DNA from: Candidatus Woesearchaeota archaeon
GTDB taxonomy: Archaea > Nanobdellota > Nanobdellia > Woesearchaeales > CAZJJJ01
Length of the DNA: 37,037 nucleotides
Reading direction: 5' to 3'
NCBI GenBank assembly: GCA_046538795.1
Contig: JBKHIF010000004.1
Span: 1-37,037, forward strand
The notes under the pieces were generated by a model, which was given only the letters and a program-made list of their open reading frames with translations, had not been told where the DNA came from and did not search any database. Shown in pieces: positions 27,871 through 37,037 of the stretch. How positions within the stretch are numbered: the stretch's first letter is position 1; every line of letters begins with the position of its first letter. The position numbers and the translations under genes were made by a program.

Positions 27871-28560
27871 ATGCACGAAACAAAAGACAAGGATCATGTA
27901 TCTATTTTATCATTCAATCAGGACCCAAATATTGGTCTTTATGCATTCGCAACAGACAAGTTCTGTCTTTTGGGAGCAGACATTGATGAGAGATATGAGA
28001 AGATAATAGAGGAAACTCTTAAGGTTCCTGTATATAGGATTACTATTGCAGGAACATCGATGGCAGGTGTATTTATTGCAGGAAATGAAAACTGCATACT
28101 TATACCTGAGATCACGTTTGATTATGAGATCAAAAACTTAGAAAAACTAAAGATCCCTTTTAAGGTAATAAAGTCAAAGATAACTGCTTTGGGAAATACT
28201 ATTGCCTGCAACAAGAATGCAGTCTATGTTTCAGATGAATTCTCTTCAGATACCAAGAAGAGAATAAGGCAGGCGCTTAATCTTCCTTTGAAACCCGGAA
28301 AGATTGCAGGACTTTCACAGGTTGGTTCATGTCTTGTCTTGAATGACAAAGGAGGACTTATACATAGAGATGCAGAAGATTTTGAGCTTGATTTATTAGA
28401 TGACTTTTTTAAGGTTGAACTAACAGAAGGAACAATAAATATGGGTTCTCCTTATGTAAAATCAGGAATCATCGCAAACAATAAAGGATTGATCATAGGA
28501 GCATCATCAGGAGGTCCTGAAGCAAGCAATGCTGATTCTGCTTTAGGATTTGTAGAATAA
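27871..28560 (+). CDS. eif6: Translation initiation factor aIF6
   Basis: PNIGLY, TIAGTSMAG, ALGNTIACN, VGSC, GTINMGSPYVKSGIIAN. Confidence 0.95.
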   Translation: MHETKDKDHVSILSFNQDPNIGLYAFATDKFCLLGADIDERYEKIIEETLKVPVYRITIAGTSMAGVFIAGNENCILIPEITFDYEIKNLEKLKIPFKVIKSKITALGNTIACNKNAVYVSDEFSSDTKKRIRQALNLPLKPGKIAGLSQVGSCLVLNDKGGLIHRDAEDFELDLLDDFFKVELTEGTINMGSPYVKSGIIANNKGLIIGASSGGPEASNADSALGFVE

Positions 28561-28573
28561 GACGTGAAATAAA

Positions 28574-29011
28574 ATGGCAGATAATGAACATGAAAAACTC
28601 CATCAGGAGCTTCACCAAAAATATACAGAGATGCAATACATGGAAGAGCATTTCCAGAAACTCCAGAAATACTATAAAGATTATGAAACTAAGCTATCAG
28701 ATATAGCTGCTATAAAAGAATCTATCGATGATCTGAAAAAGCAAAACAAAAATTCAGAGATCCTTGTACCTGTCGCAAATGGCATCTTTGTAAAAGCAAA
28801 GCTTTCTGAAAACAAAAGCTTTCTTGTAAATGTAGGATCAGATGTTGTTGTAGAGAAAGATTCTGAAAGCGCAAAAACTCTTCTTGATGAACAGGCAAAA
28901 GAAATAAATACATATAAGGATAATATCTATCAGCAGATGATGAACATAAGTGAACAGATAAGGCTAACTGAATCAGAGATAAAGAGACTTCAGAACGACC
29001 ATAAACATTAG
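28574..29011 (+). CDS. pfdA: Prefoldin subunit alpha
   Basis: Coiled coils flanking EILVPVANGIFVKA...LVNVGSDVVVEK; between eif6 and ftsY. Confidence 0.93.
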   Translation: MADNEHEKLHQELHQKYTEMQYMEEHFQKLQKYYKDYETKLSDIAAIKESIDDLKKQNKNSEILVPVANGIFVKAKLSENKSFLVNVGSDVVVEKDSESAKTLLDEQAKEINTYKDNIYQQMMNISEQIRLTESEIKRLQNDHKH

Positions 29012-29020
29012 GTGCATAAA

Positions 29021-30454
29021 ATGTTTGATTTTTTCAGGAAAAAGATAAAAGACGCATTCTCAAAGTTTTCGAAGAATGTAGATGAGGAAGCAGAAGAGAT
29101 AAAAGACGAAGTTCAGGAAGAGACAAGCACAGAAACAGTTGAAAGCTCTCCTGAATTGGCTGCTAAGACCATAACAGAAAAAAAACCTGAAGAGATAACT
29201 CATGAAGATACAGAACCTGCTGAAAAAGAGCCTGCTAAAGATAATGAGCCTGAAATTTCTAAAGAAGAATCAGTTCAGGAAAAACCAAAACCTGCTAAAG
29301 AAGAAAAACCAAAGCAAGAAGAATTAAAGCCTGAACAAAAAGAGACAGAAAAGAATAAAGAACCTGTTCAGGAACAAGCAAAACCTGAACCAGAAAAGGA
29401 ACCTGATGTTAAGGAACTCATAGAAAAAGGGCCTGTTCCTGTCGAGGAAAAAGAACCTGAGAAAAAAGGATTTTTCAAAAACCTGTTCAAAAAAAAGGAA
29501 ACAGAACCTGAACAGGAAGAAAAACCCAAAGAGCCTGTAAAAGATGAATTCTTAGAAGAAGAGAAAAGATCATTTATCGGCAAGATAAGCGACAGTCTTA
29601 CTAAAAAGACTCTTTCTGAACACAAGTTCAATGACCTGTTTTGGGATCTTGAGATTGCTCTTTTAGAAAACAATGTTGCAGTTGAAGTTGTAGATCTTCT
29701 GAAATCAGATCTTCGAAAAGAACTGGTTGACAAACCCTTGCCAAGATCAAAGATTCCCGAGACAATACAAAATACTCTTAAAGAATCAGTAGAGAAGATC
29801 TTTGAGCTTGAACCAGTAAACATAGTTGAAGAAGCAAAGAACAAAAAACCTTACAAGATACTTGTTGTGGGAATCAATGGTTCAGGAAAAACAACGACCA
29901 TAGCGAAATTATGTCATCTTTTCAAGAAAGAAGGATTAAAGACTGTTGTCGCGGCATCAGATACTTTCAGGGCAGCAGCCATAGACCAGCTTGAAGAGCA
30001 TACTAATAATCTGGGTGTCAAATTGATAAAGCATGATTATGGATCAGATCCTGCTGCTGTAGCGTTTGATGCCATAAAATTTGCAGAAGCCAAAAAACAT
30101 GATGTTGTCATAATAGATACAGCAGGAAGGCTTCATTCAAACGTCAATCTCATGGATGAGTTGAGAAAAGTAAGGCGTGTATCGCAGCCTGATTTCACTG
30201 TTTTCATAGGAGAATCAATAACAGGTAATGACTGTGTTGAGCAGGCAAAAGAATTCAATAAGGCAGTAGATATAGATGGAATAATACTGAGCAAGGCAGA
30301 TATAGATGAAAAAGGCGGAGCTGCAATATCAATTTCTTATGTCTTGGGAAAACCTATCCTTTACCTTGGAGTCGGACAGGGATATGATGATCTTGAGCTT
30401 TTTGACAAGTACAAGATAATGTACCGCATGTTCGGAACAGATCTTAATGGATAA
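29021..30454 (+). CDS. ftsY: SRP receptor FtsY with acidic E/K/P-rich N-terminus
   Basis: GINGSGKTTTIAKL, DTFRAAAIDQL, DTAGR, SKADIDEKGG, GVGQGYDDL; ATG 29021. Confidence 0.97.
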   Translation: MFDFFRKKIKDAFSKFSKNVDEEAEEIKDEVQEETSTETVESSPELAAKTITEKKPEEITHEDTEPAEKEPAKDNEPEISKEESVQEKPKPAKEEKPKQEELKPEQKETEKNKEPVQEQAKPEPEKEPDVKELIEKGPVPVEEKEPEKKGFFKNLFKKKETEPEQEEKPKEPVKDEFLEEEKRSFIGKISDSLTKKTLSEHKFNDLFWDLEIALLENNVAVEVVDLLKSDLRKELVDKPLPRSKIPETIQNTLKESVEKIFELEPVNIVEEAKNKKPYKILVVGINGSGKTTTIAKLCHLFKKEGLKTVVAASDTFRAAAIDQLEEHTNNLGVKLIKHDYGSDPAAVAFDAIKFAEAKKHDVVIIDTAGRLHSNVNLMDELRKVRRVSQPDFTVFIGESITGNDCVEQAKEFNKAVDIDGIILSKADIDEKGGAAISISYVLGKPILYLGVGQGYDDLELFDKYKIMYRMFGTDLNG

Positions 30455-30529
30455 ATTATTTAAATTAATAAAATTTATATAATATTATTTTTATTTTTTT
30501 AATAATATTTGTCATGGAGGAATCTCATC

Positions 30530-30892
30530 ATGAAAAAAGTCCTTATTGTTGAAGACTCACGATTGATCGCTGGAGCGATAAAACTTGTATTGGAAAATCA
30601 GAATATTCAGGTTCAGCATCTGACAGACGGATCCCTTGTTCTTGAAGATGTAAAAAAGAATATGTATGACTTAATAGTCCTTGATCTTATGATGCCTGGT
30701 GTCTCCGGGATAGATGTATTCAAGCAGCTTAAGGCAGATACACAGACAAAGGATGTCAAGGTTCTTATACTTACAGCAAAAGCTGATGCCATAAGAGCCG
30801 ATAATTTTCTCGCTAACTGTGACAGTTTCATAACAAAACCATTTGATAATGATTCTCTTGTTAAAGAGATAAAAAGGCTTTTAGGCATGTAA
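30530..30892 (+). CDS. Single-domain response regulator (receiver)
   Basis: VLIVED, LDLMMPGVSG, ILTA, ITKPF; SD ggagg before ATG 30530. Confidence 0.93.
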   Translation: MKKVLIVEDSRLIAGAIKLVLENQNIQVQHLTDGSLVLEDVKKNMYDLIVLDLMMPGVSGIDVFKQLKADTQTKDVKVLILTAKADAIRADNFLANCDSFITKPFDNDSLVKEIKRLLGM

Positions 30893-30896
30893 TAAT

Positions 30897-31247
30897 CTAA
30901 TACATCTTAAGATTTCCTGTAACTGGATCTATCTTTTCCTCAATATCCGGACCAATTGCAGCGCAAGTAACTGTGCCTGGTTCAACAACTGTTCTTCCTG
31001 CATCTGTTATTGTTGCAGTCGTTAATCCAAGATCTTTTGCATCCTGTACTAAAGAATAAAGTTCTTTTACGTCTGAAACAGAAAGGCAGATTTTTCTCAT
31101 CCCTTCTTGTCTCCATCTTGAAACAATTCTTTTATCTGATTTAAGAACAGCATCAACTGCTGCATGAGCTGCCTGCGCAGCTGCTTTTCCTTTAGGAAGT
31201 TTAAGGTCTTTTCTTATGAGAATAACCTGCTTGTATTCAAAATCCAT
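30897..31247 (-). CDS. pth2: Peptidyl-tRNA hydrolase Pth2
   Basis: KQVILIRKDLKLPKGKAAAQAAHA, DAGRT, GP...IDPVTGNLK. Confidence 0.96.
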   Translation of the reverse strand: MDFEYKQVILIRKDLKLPKGKAAAQAAHAAVDAVLKSDKRIVSRWRQEGMRKICLSVSDVKELYSLVQDAKDLGLTTATITDAGRTVVEPGTVTCAAIGPDIEEKIDPVTGNLKMY

Positions 31248-31289
31248 GTGATAATAAAGAAAAACCTTAGTTATTAAATATTTCTGTTT

Positions 31290-31907
31290 TCATAGAATAA
31301 ACTCAAGATAACCTGTCTCTCCTGAAAATTCTTCAGTTATTATGTCTCTTGCCGAGCTTTTTGAATAGACTTTTTTATAAGGACGATCTGTCAAAAGTGC
31401 GTCAAAGAGATCAGCAAGAGCAACAATTTCTGCCAGAGTTCTTGTGTCTTTTTCTGAAAGTATATCATAATTTCTGTCAATTATATGCGAATTGATAAAA
31501 TCATCTTCTGGATAAGGATCCATTTTCTTGGATGCATGATGCAGAAGCACTATATCTGCTACTTCTTGAGGATAAAAAGGGGAAGTTATAAGATAACCTT
31601 CATATGGATGTGTCTTTATAACATCTCTTTCTTCTTGAGTAAGATGTCCTGGCTTTTCAAGTATAGGTTTAGGGATATTAATCTTACCTATATCATGAAG
31701 AAATGCACCTTCAGAAAGAAGTCTCATCTCTTTGTCTGAAAGATCAAGAGAATGACCTATCAGAGAAGCATATTTGGCGACTCTTAAAGAATGCTCAAGA
31801 TCATTTGAAGAATATCTACTAAGTACTTCCAATATTTTATTTGTCATCTGCGAAGGGACAGGAACTACATCGCCATCATATAAGTTCTCACTGTACATCA
31901 GAGCCAA
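31290..31907 (-). CDS. HD-GYP-like metal-dependent phosphohydrolase
   Basis: EHSLRVA, LHDIGK, ILEKPGHLT, HPYEG, LLHH, ADLFDAL, RPYKK; GYP appears as PYP; start TTG 31907 or ATG 31898. Confidence 0.88.
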   Translation of the reverse strand: MALMYSENLYDGDVVPVPSQMTNKILEVLSRYSSNDLEHSLRVAKYASLIGHSLDLSDKEMRLLSEGAFLHDIGKINIPKPILEKPGHLTQEERDVIKTHPYEGYLITSPFYPQEVADIVLLHHASKKMDPYPEDDFINSHIIDRNYDILSEKDTRTLAEIVALADLFDALLTDRPYKKVYSKSSARDIITEEFSGETGYLEFIL

Positions 31908-32026
31908 TAATAATACAACGTGGTAATCTTATATAAATCTATCTTTTATCCTCACATTATGACCAAAATGTCTCACTTTTTGCAATTATATTTATAAACG
32001 CAGGAGTCTTAATGATAATTAAATCA

Positions 32027-32062
32027 TATAATGTAAAATATATTTATAATGTAAAATATATT
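32027..32062. repeat. Perfect 18-bp tandem repeat, two copies
   Basis: tataatgtaaaatatatt at 32027-32044 and 32045-32062. Confidence 0.9.
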
Positions 32063-32093
32063 TTTAAAAAAGACTCGTTGCGGGGGATTTAAG

Positions 32094-33965
32094 ATGACAA
32101 AAAAATCTCAGTCAAAAAAGAAAAATACTAACACTAAAAAAGCAGATTCTTCTGAAAAAGAAAAAGGGATGCCTATGCTCAAAAATGACAAGGGTCCGAA
32201 ACTTCCGAAAGAGATGCAGGAAAAGCTTGACAAGGCAAAACTGATTGTTGAAAAATTCCAGAAAAAAGTTATGGAAAAGTTTGACAAATATATCATGGGT
32301 ATTGCTCTTCTTCCTCCAAAAAAAGACAAAGAGGGAAAAGTAGCTGATGATGGAAAGATAAATCTTCTTGTTTTAGTAGATGATTCTGATTCTCAGAAAA
32401 TGTCAAAGATGGAGCTTAAGGAAAAGCTTTCTGCGATAATTACAAACATTGCAAAAGAGACTGACAAGAAGCTTGAGATTGAATCAATAATTCTTTCAGA
32501 ACTATGGCAGAGCTGCTATGACCAAAAGCCTGAGCTTGTGCAGATGATTGTGGGATGCGTGCCTTTCTATGACAAAGGCGTACTTTCAGCAGTAAAGATA
32601 GGTGAAGTCCACAAGAGCATGGTCATTAAGAAGTTTGAAAAATACATTGTATCATACGTTATTTTCGGAGCTTTCACAAAAGGAAGGATAACTCCTGAAT
32701 CTGACATCGATGTTGCAGTGATTGTAGATGATACTGATGTCAAGAAGATGACAAGAGCAGAACTCAAGGACAAGCTTCGTGCAATAATAATTTCCATGGG
32801 TTATGATGCAAAAGCAATAACAGGCGTTGATCGTGAGTTCCATATCCAGGTCTATATACTTACTGACTTTTGGGATTCGATAAAAGAGGCTCATCCTGTG
32901 ATATTTGACTTGTTGAGAGATGGAGTTCCTTTCTATGACAGAGGAATATTCATGCCTTGGAAACAGCTTCTAAGGATGGGAAAGATAAAACCTTCAGAAG
33001 AAGCTATAGACATGTTCATGAATTCAGGAGATCAGATGCTCAAAAGAGTCAAGTTCAAGCTAAGAGATATTGCAATGGAAGATGTGTTTCTTGCAATACT
33101 TACGCCTACACAGGCAGCTCTCATGACTTATGGAGTTCCTCCTCCTGCTCCTAAAGAATGTCCTGGCGTACTTAAGGAAATCTTTGTCGATAAAGAGAAT
33201 ATGCTTGAGACAAAATACGTGGATATAATAACAGAGATCATAAAGACAAGAAAAGATATTGAGCATGGAAAACTTAAGTCTATTTCAGGAAATAAGATCG
33301 ATGATCTTCTTACAAAAGCAGAAAGCTACCTGAAAAGGATACAGAAGCTTTTCAAGGAGATTGATGAGAGACGAAATAAAGAGCACATAACAGAAATATA
33401 TGAGCGTGCAATTACAGCTGTACGCGATGCATTGGTCATGGAAGGAATTGATTCAGTGAAAACTGATGAAATAACAAAGATGTTCAAGTCAAAGCTTATC
33501 GAGAGCGGAAGACTTCCTGAACCTATGCTTAAATCATTGAAAGCGATATTCAAGGCAAAGAAAGACTTTGATTCAGGAAAACTAACCAAAAATGATGTTG
33601 TAAAAGCAAAAAAAGCATCAAATGGTTTCATAAAATCAATTGTTGAATACATGCAGAGAAAACGTGGAAGAGAACTTGAACGAAGCAAGATAAGAATCAA
33701 GCATGGTAATAGGTTTGCTGAAGTTCTTATGCTTGAAGATTATGCTTTCATAATACCTGATCTTGATGCAGAGGAAAAAGAAGTCCAGAAAGCAAAGATC
33801 AAGAAAGACGGAAGCTTAGAAGCACCTGTCAAAAGCTCTTTTGATGAAATGGAAGAAGCACTGTCTAAAAAGACCATCTTTGAAAAGATATTTGTGAAAC
33901 AAAAGATATTTGATTCTTTAGAAGGATTGTTTGGAAAAAATTTTGAGATTCTGATAAACAACTGA
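32094..33965 (+). CDS. Tandem minimal-nucleotidyltransferase plus HEPN-like domain protein
   Basis: VIFGAFTKG...SDIDVAVIVDD (Pol-beta NTase) preceded by a degenerate copy; helical region with RKDIEH (Rx4H). Confidence 0.8.
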   Translation: MTKKSQSKKKNTNTKKADSSEKEKGMPMLKNDKGPKLPKEMQEKLDKAKLIVEKFQKKVMEKFDKYIMGIALLPPKKDKEGKVADDGKINLLVLVDDSDSQKMSKMELKEKLSAIITNIAKETDKKLEIESIILSELWQSCYDQKPELVQMIVGCVPFYDKGVLSAVKIGEVHKSMVIKKFEKYIVSYVIFGAFTKGRITPESDIDVAVIVDDTDVKKMTRAELKDKLRAIIISMGYDAKAITGVDREFHIQVYILTDFWDSIKEAHPVIFDLLRDGVPFYDRGIFMPWKQLLRMGKIKPSEEAIDMFMNSGDQMLKRVKFKLRDIAMEDVFLAILTPTQAALMTYGVPPPAPKECPGVLKEIFVDKENMLETKYVDIITEIIKTRKDIEHGKLKSISGNKIDDLLTKAESYLKRIQKLFKEIDERRNKEHITEIYERAITAVRDALVMEGIDSVKTDEITKMFKSKLIESGRLPEPMLKSLKAIFKAKKDFDSGKLTKNDVVKAKKASNGFIKSIVEYMQRKRGRELERSKIRIKHGNRFAEVLMLEDYAFIIPDLDAEEKEVQKAKIKKDGSLEAPVKSSFDEMEEALSKKTIFEKIFVKQKIFDSLEGLFGKNFEILINN

Positions 33966-34051
33966 TTGTTTATTCTTTTTATTTTTCAATTTTATAAAAT
34001 CATTCATAAAAATAGTTAGATATATATATCAAGAGATAATAAGATTGCAAT

Positions 34052-34648
34052 ATGTTGGAACAAGTAAAGAAATTATCGGTAATAATAACTATTGCAATTC
34101 TTTTTTCTGTTTTGGTTTTTAGTATTGCTGAACTTATAGTGGAACAGCCGGAATATGGTGATTTTTGCAGATCATCAGTAAAACCTAATTATCTTATTGA
34201 TTCTGCTCTATCAGGTAATTGCTCTGAATCTCTTCTTCCAGAAGATGAATTTATCGCAGACTGTCAGGATAATGGTGGATTTGTAAGGTATGACTATGAT
34301 GATAAGGGTTGTGTGGCTGATTATGAATGTGACACATGTTCTTCAGAATATCAGGCTGCTCTTTCAAACTACAGGATGGTTATGTTCCTTGTTTCAAGTT
34401 TCCTTGGTTTGCTTGCTGTTATTGCCGGGCTTTATATGAAACCTAAAAATGATATTATGGAATGGATCTATTCTGGTTTTATAATAGGCGGTCTTGCATC
34501 TATTTTTATAGGGACTGTAAGTTATTTCAATGACATGGACAGGTTGCTAAGACCTCTTGTTATGATAGCTGAGATCGCATTGGTGATCTGGGTTGGAATA
34601 AAGACAACATCTAATTCCAGACAAAAAACCACCAAGAGTAAGAAATGA
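34052..34648 (+). CDS. Membrane protein with Cys-containing external loop
   Basis: One N-terminal and three C-terminal TM helices; several Cys in the loop. Confidence 0.75.
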   Translation: MLEQVKKLSVIITIAILFSVLVFSIAELIVEQPEYGDFCRSSVKPNYLIDSALSGNCSESLLPEDEFIADCQDNGGFVRYDYDDKGCVADYECDTCSSEYQAALSNYRMVMFLVSSFLGLLAVIAGLYMKPKNDIMEWIYSGFIIGGLASIFIGTVSYFNDMDRLLRPLVMIAEIALVIWVGIKTTSNSRQKTTKSKK

Positions 34649-34659
34649 TCTGAAATAAA

Positions 34660-35181
34660 TCATGATATTATTTTCTGTTTATTTTTCTTTTTTGAATAAC
34701 TGCTCTTAGATGATTTTTTTGATCCAGATGTTTTATTCTTTTTTTCAGGATTGTTCTTTGGAAATAATCTTCTCTGTGCAAAAATACCCATGCAGCTTAA
34801 GACATAGACATACAAAAGATTGCTTGCAATTGCTATGAGCCACAAAAGAAAGGGGCTTATCTTCTGTATTCCTAAACCAGGAAGTATCGCAACAATGGGA
34901 AAAGAGACAATAGTTAATATAAACGATATCTTTATGGTGTTTGCAATCGAATCTCCATAGTATTCTTTTTGCATATCAAGACAGATGTCAAGATAAGCAG
35001 GGTTTGTCTGTCCGCAGTATTTCAAAAGAACTGAACTAAATATGAAAAAAGATATCAAAAACAAGATGAAAATAAGTGCAGATGTTATGAGTTTTGCTTT
35101 GTCGGGGCTGAATATTTCTTTAAGAACCTGGAAAATATCATACTGAAAGTTTTTTTTTGATCTTTTTCTTGATTTTTTCAT
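34660..35181 (-). CDS. Membrane protein of unknown function
   Basis: About three TM helices with lysine-rich termini. Confidence 0.65.
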   Translation of the reverse strand: MKKSRKRSKKNFQYDIFQVLKEIFSPDKAKLITSALIFILFLISFFIFSSVLLKYCGQTNPAYLDICLDMQKEYYGDSIANTIKISFILTIVSFPIVAILPGLGIQKISPFLLWLIAIASNLLYVYVLSCMGIFAQRRLFPKNNPEKKNKTSGSKKSSKSSYSKKKNKQKIIS

Positions 35182-35193
35182 GTTGATCTGGTT

Positions 35194-35832
35194 TTATTGC
35201 TTCTTTTTAGATATCAAGAGAACTATGCCAAGAATTAGGAACAGTACTCCTACAGAGATAAGTATTATCTGGTACATCAGAAGATCAGATGAAAGCATGC
35301 TTATTATTCCGGTTGGCAAAAATGTGATTGTTTCTGGAGTTGCAAAAAAGAATAGAGATCCAAATCCAATTCCAATAAGAGAAATCAGGATAAATGCAAC
35401 TGCAACAGCAATAGCTCCTCCTGATTTTTTTTGAGGTTTTGTATTTTGAAAATTTTGCTGGACGGGACTTTGTTGTGCCTTTTGTACCTGTTGCTGAGCA
35501 GGTTGTTTGTTCTGCCCAAGCTTGTCAGGGATATTAAGATCAGGAGTCTTCATCTCAGATGCTGTCTCGTTACTATTTTGAGACTCAGGCTGTATTCCCT
35601 GTGGTGTCTTATTTGGCTGGGATTGTTGTTCTGCCTGTATCTGCTGGGATGTCTGAGGGCTTGCCAGATTATTTTGTAAAGGCTCACCTGATTTGCCTGA
35701 CGCTTCTTTCAGACCTTCTTTTATATCTTCATCCTTGTATCCGTACTTCTTTAGAAAAGGAGCAAGTTGAGAATCAGTGTAGCCTTTTTTCTTCTGCTCT
35801 TTTATGTAGTTTATGAGCTGATCACTTACCAT
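35194..35832 (-). CDS. Membrane protein with small N-terminal helical domain and Q/P-rich linker
   Basis: QLINYIKEQKKKGY...LKKYGY domain, low-complexity linker, two C-terminal TMs. Confidence 0.75.
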   Translation of the reverse strand: MVSDQLINYIKEQKKKGYTDSQLAPFLKKYGYKDEDIKEGLKEASGKSGEPLQNNLASPQTSQQIQAEQQSQPNKTPQGIQPESQNSNETASEMKTPDLNIPDKLGQNKQPAQQQVQKAQQSPVQQNFQNTKPQKKSGGAIAVAVAFILISLIGIGFGSLFFFATPETITFLPTGIISMLSSDLLMYQIILISVGVLFLILGIVLLISKKKQ

Positions 35833-35949
35833 GGTATATTTTTCGAAAAGTTCATTTAAGTATTTTTCTGTTTTGTTTTTCCATCTTCAAGAAAGATATT
35901 AATAGTAGTTATAACATAATAATTATCAAATGATAGAGAGGGGATAAAC

Positions 35950-36480
35950 ATGAAAACAGGATATTGTGTCGGAGATGCGATGACAAAAGAGCCGATTTGT
36001 GTCTCTTCTGAAATGACGCTTTCAGAATGCTGCAATGTAATGAATAAAAATGATGTTGGAAGTCTTCTTGTAAAGCAAAATGAAAAAGTAAAAGGAATCC
36101 TCACAGATTCAGACATAATCTCTTCTGCTGCAGATGGCATTGATTTTTCTAAAGCAAAGGCCTCAGATATTGTCTATAAGTCCCTTCCGAAAGTTGATCC
36201 AGATATGGATATACATGATGCTTTGATAAAAATGGGAGAACTTGATCTTAGGCAGCTTCCTGTTTTCAACAATAATTCTCTTGTAGGTATGCTTACAATG
36301 AAAGACATCCTGAAAATAGAACCCATGCTCTTTGAAATTGTTGTTGCCAAGATGGACATAAGAGAAGAGGAAAGAAAACCCATATACAAAGAAGGCAAAT
36401 GCGATGTCTGCGGAAGTCATGCAACAGATCTCATGAGGCAGAGACATCAGCTTGTCTGCGGTTCATGCAGGATATTTTAA
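35950..36480 (+). CDS. CBS-pair protein with C-terminal zinc ribbon
   Basis: VGDAMT, VGSLLV, GILTDSD, RQLPV, GMLTMKD; CDVCG...CGSC. Confidence 0.9.
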   Translation: MKTGYCVGDAMTKEPICVSSEMTLSECCNVMNKNDVGSLLVKQNEKVKGILTDSDIISSAADGIDFSKAKASDIVYKSLPKVDPDMDIHDALIKMGELDLRQLPVFNNNSLVGMLTMKDILKIEPMLFEIVVAKMDIREEERKPIYKEGKCDVCGSHATDLMRQRHQLVCGSCRIF

Positions 36481-36531
36481 TCAAATCAATATAAAGATAA
36501 TAAAGAATAAAAAAATATGTTTTAGCTTATT

Positions 36532-37037
36532 CTATCTGTTGACTTCAATTTCTTTGTCTTCAGACATTTCTACCCAATATCCATAGCCAGGATCAAGCGT
36601 ATCAAGACTGTTTCCAGGAAAACCTTTAACCCACATGTTCCACGCTCCATTAGATGGATTATATTTGTATATTGAAATTACAGAATCAATATCAGATCCA
36701 AAGAATTCATCAAAGGCTTTTCCTGTTTCAAAAGGATAGCCTATCATATTCCATCCTTGTTTAAGGGAATAATTTGCACTTGATAAATATTTTCCGCTAA
36801 AGGTTATGTTTCTGGAAGAGTTAAGTTCCATCCAAAATCCGCTTCTTGTATCGATCTTATCAAGAGTATTGAATACTGAAGGGAAATCATTGATCCAGAA
36901 GTTCCACCTTTCCAAAGTATCAGTGTGTTCATAACTATATACAGATTCAAGGGTTCCTGAGAGTTTGCTTTCTATTCCTGAAACTGATAGGTTATCCATA
37001 TCCAGAGGAACTGAAACAAGATTCCATCCTTCTGAAA
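36532..37037 (-). CDS. C-terminal part of a larger surface/secreted protein (5' end outside window)
   Basis: Frame open to the window edge (SEGWNLVSVPLDMDN...); two repeats GWNLVS...GFW and GWNMIG...GYW. Confidence 0.75.
   Translation of the reverse strand, partial: SEGWNLVSVPLDMDNLSVSGIESKLSGTLESVYSYEHTDTLERWNFWINDFPSVFNTLDKIDTRSGFWMELNSSRNITFSGKYLSSANYSLKQGWNMIGYPFETGKAFDEFFGSDIDSVISIYKYNPSNGAWNMWVKGFPGNSLDTLDPGYGYWVEMSEDKEIEVNR

Noticed and set aside
29080..29560. Repetitive E/K/P-rich sequence (gaacctg/aaacctg units) at the ftsY 5' end
   Set aside because: Acidic low-complexity N-terminal regions are ordinary for FtsY.

Overview
Archaeal chromosomal segment, most consistent with a DPANN archaeon such as Woesearchaeota. 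This is inferred from archaeal-type uS12/uS7, aIF6, prefoldin alpha, Pth2, Cdc48 and TATA-like promoters occurring together with a bacterial-type groES-groEL. Housekeeping blocks are rps12-rps7, ileS, a MoxR-DUF58-vWA (Bat-like) operon, an hsp20-cdc48-groES-groEL chaperone cluster and aIF6-pfdA-ftsY. A visibly AT-richer accessory patch (about 16.7-21.3 kb) carries the best candidate for an undescribed system: a translationally coupled DCTPP1/MazG-like pyrophosphatase plus a GIY-YIG nuclease fused to a DUF2075 (Schlafen-group-3-like) helicase. It lies back-to-back with a PIN nuclease that overlaps convergently with an HTH/Panacea-like gene. Other notable items: an IleRS with a swapped GLHH signature, an internally duplicated MNT-MNT-HEPN-HEPN protein divergent from an HD-GYP gene, a HemK2-kinase fusion, two long intergenic hairpins near 8.0-8.15 kb, and a duplicated rps12 leader. 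I recognised no tRNA, rRNA, CRISPR array or transposase. All family assignments are by eye from motifs; no database searches were run.
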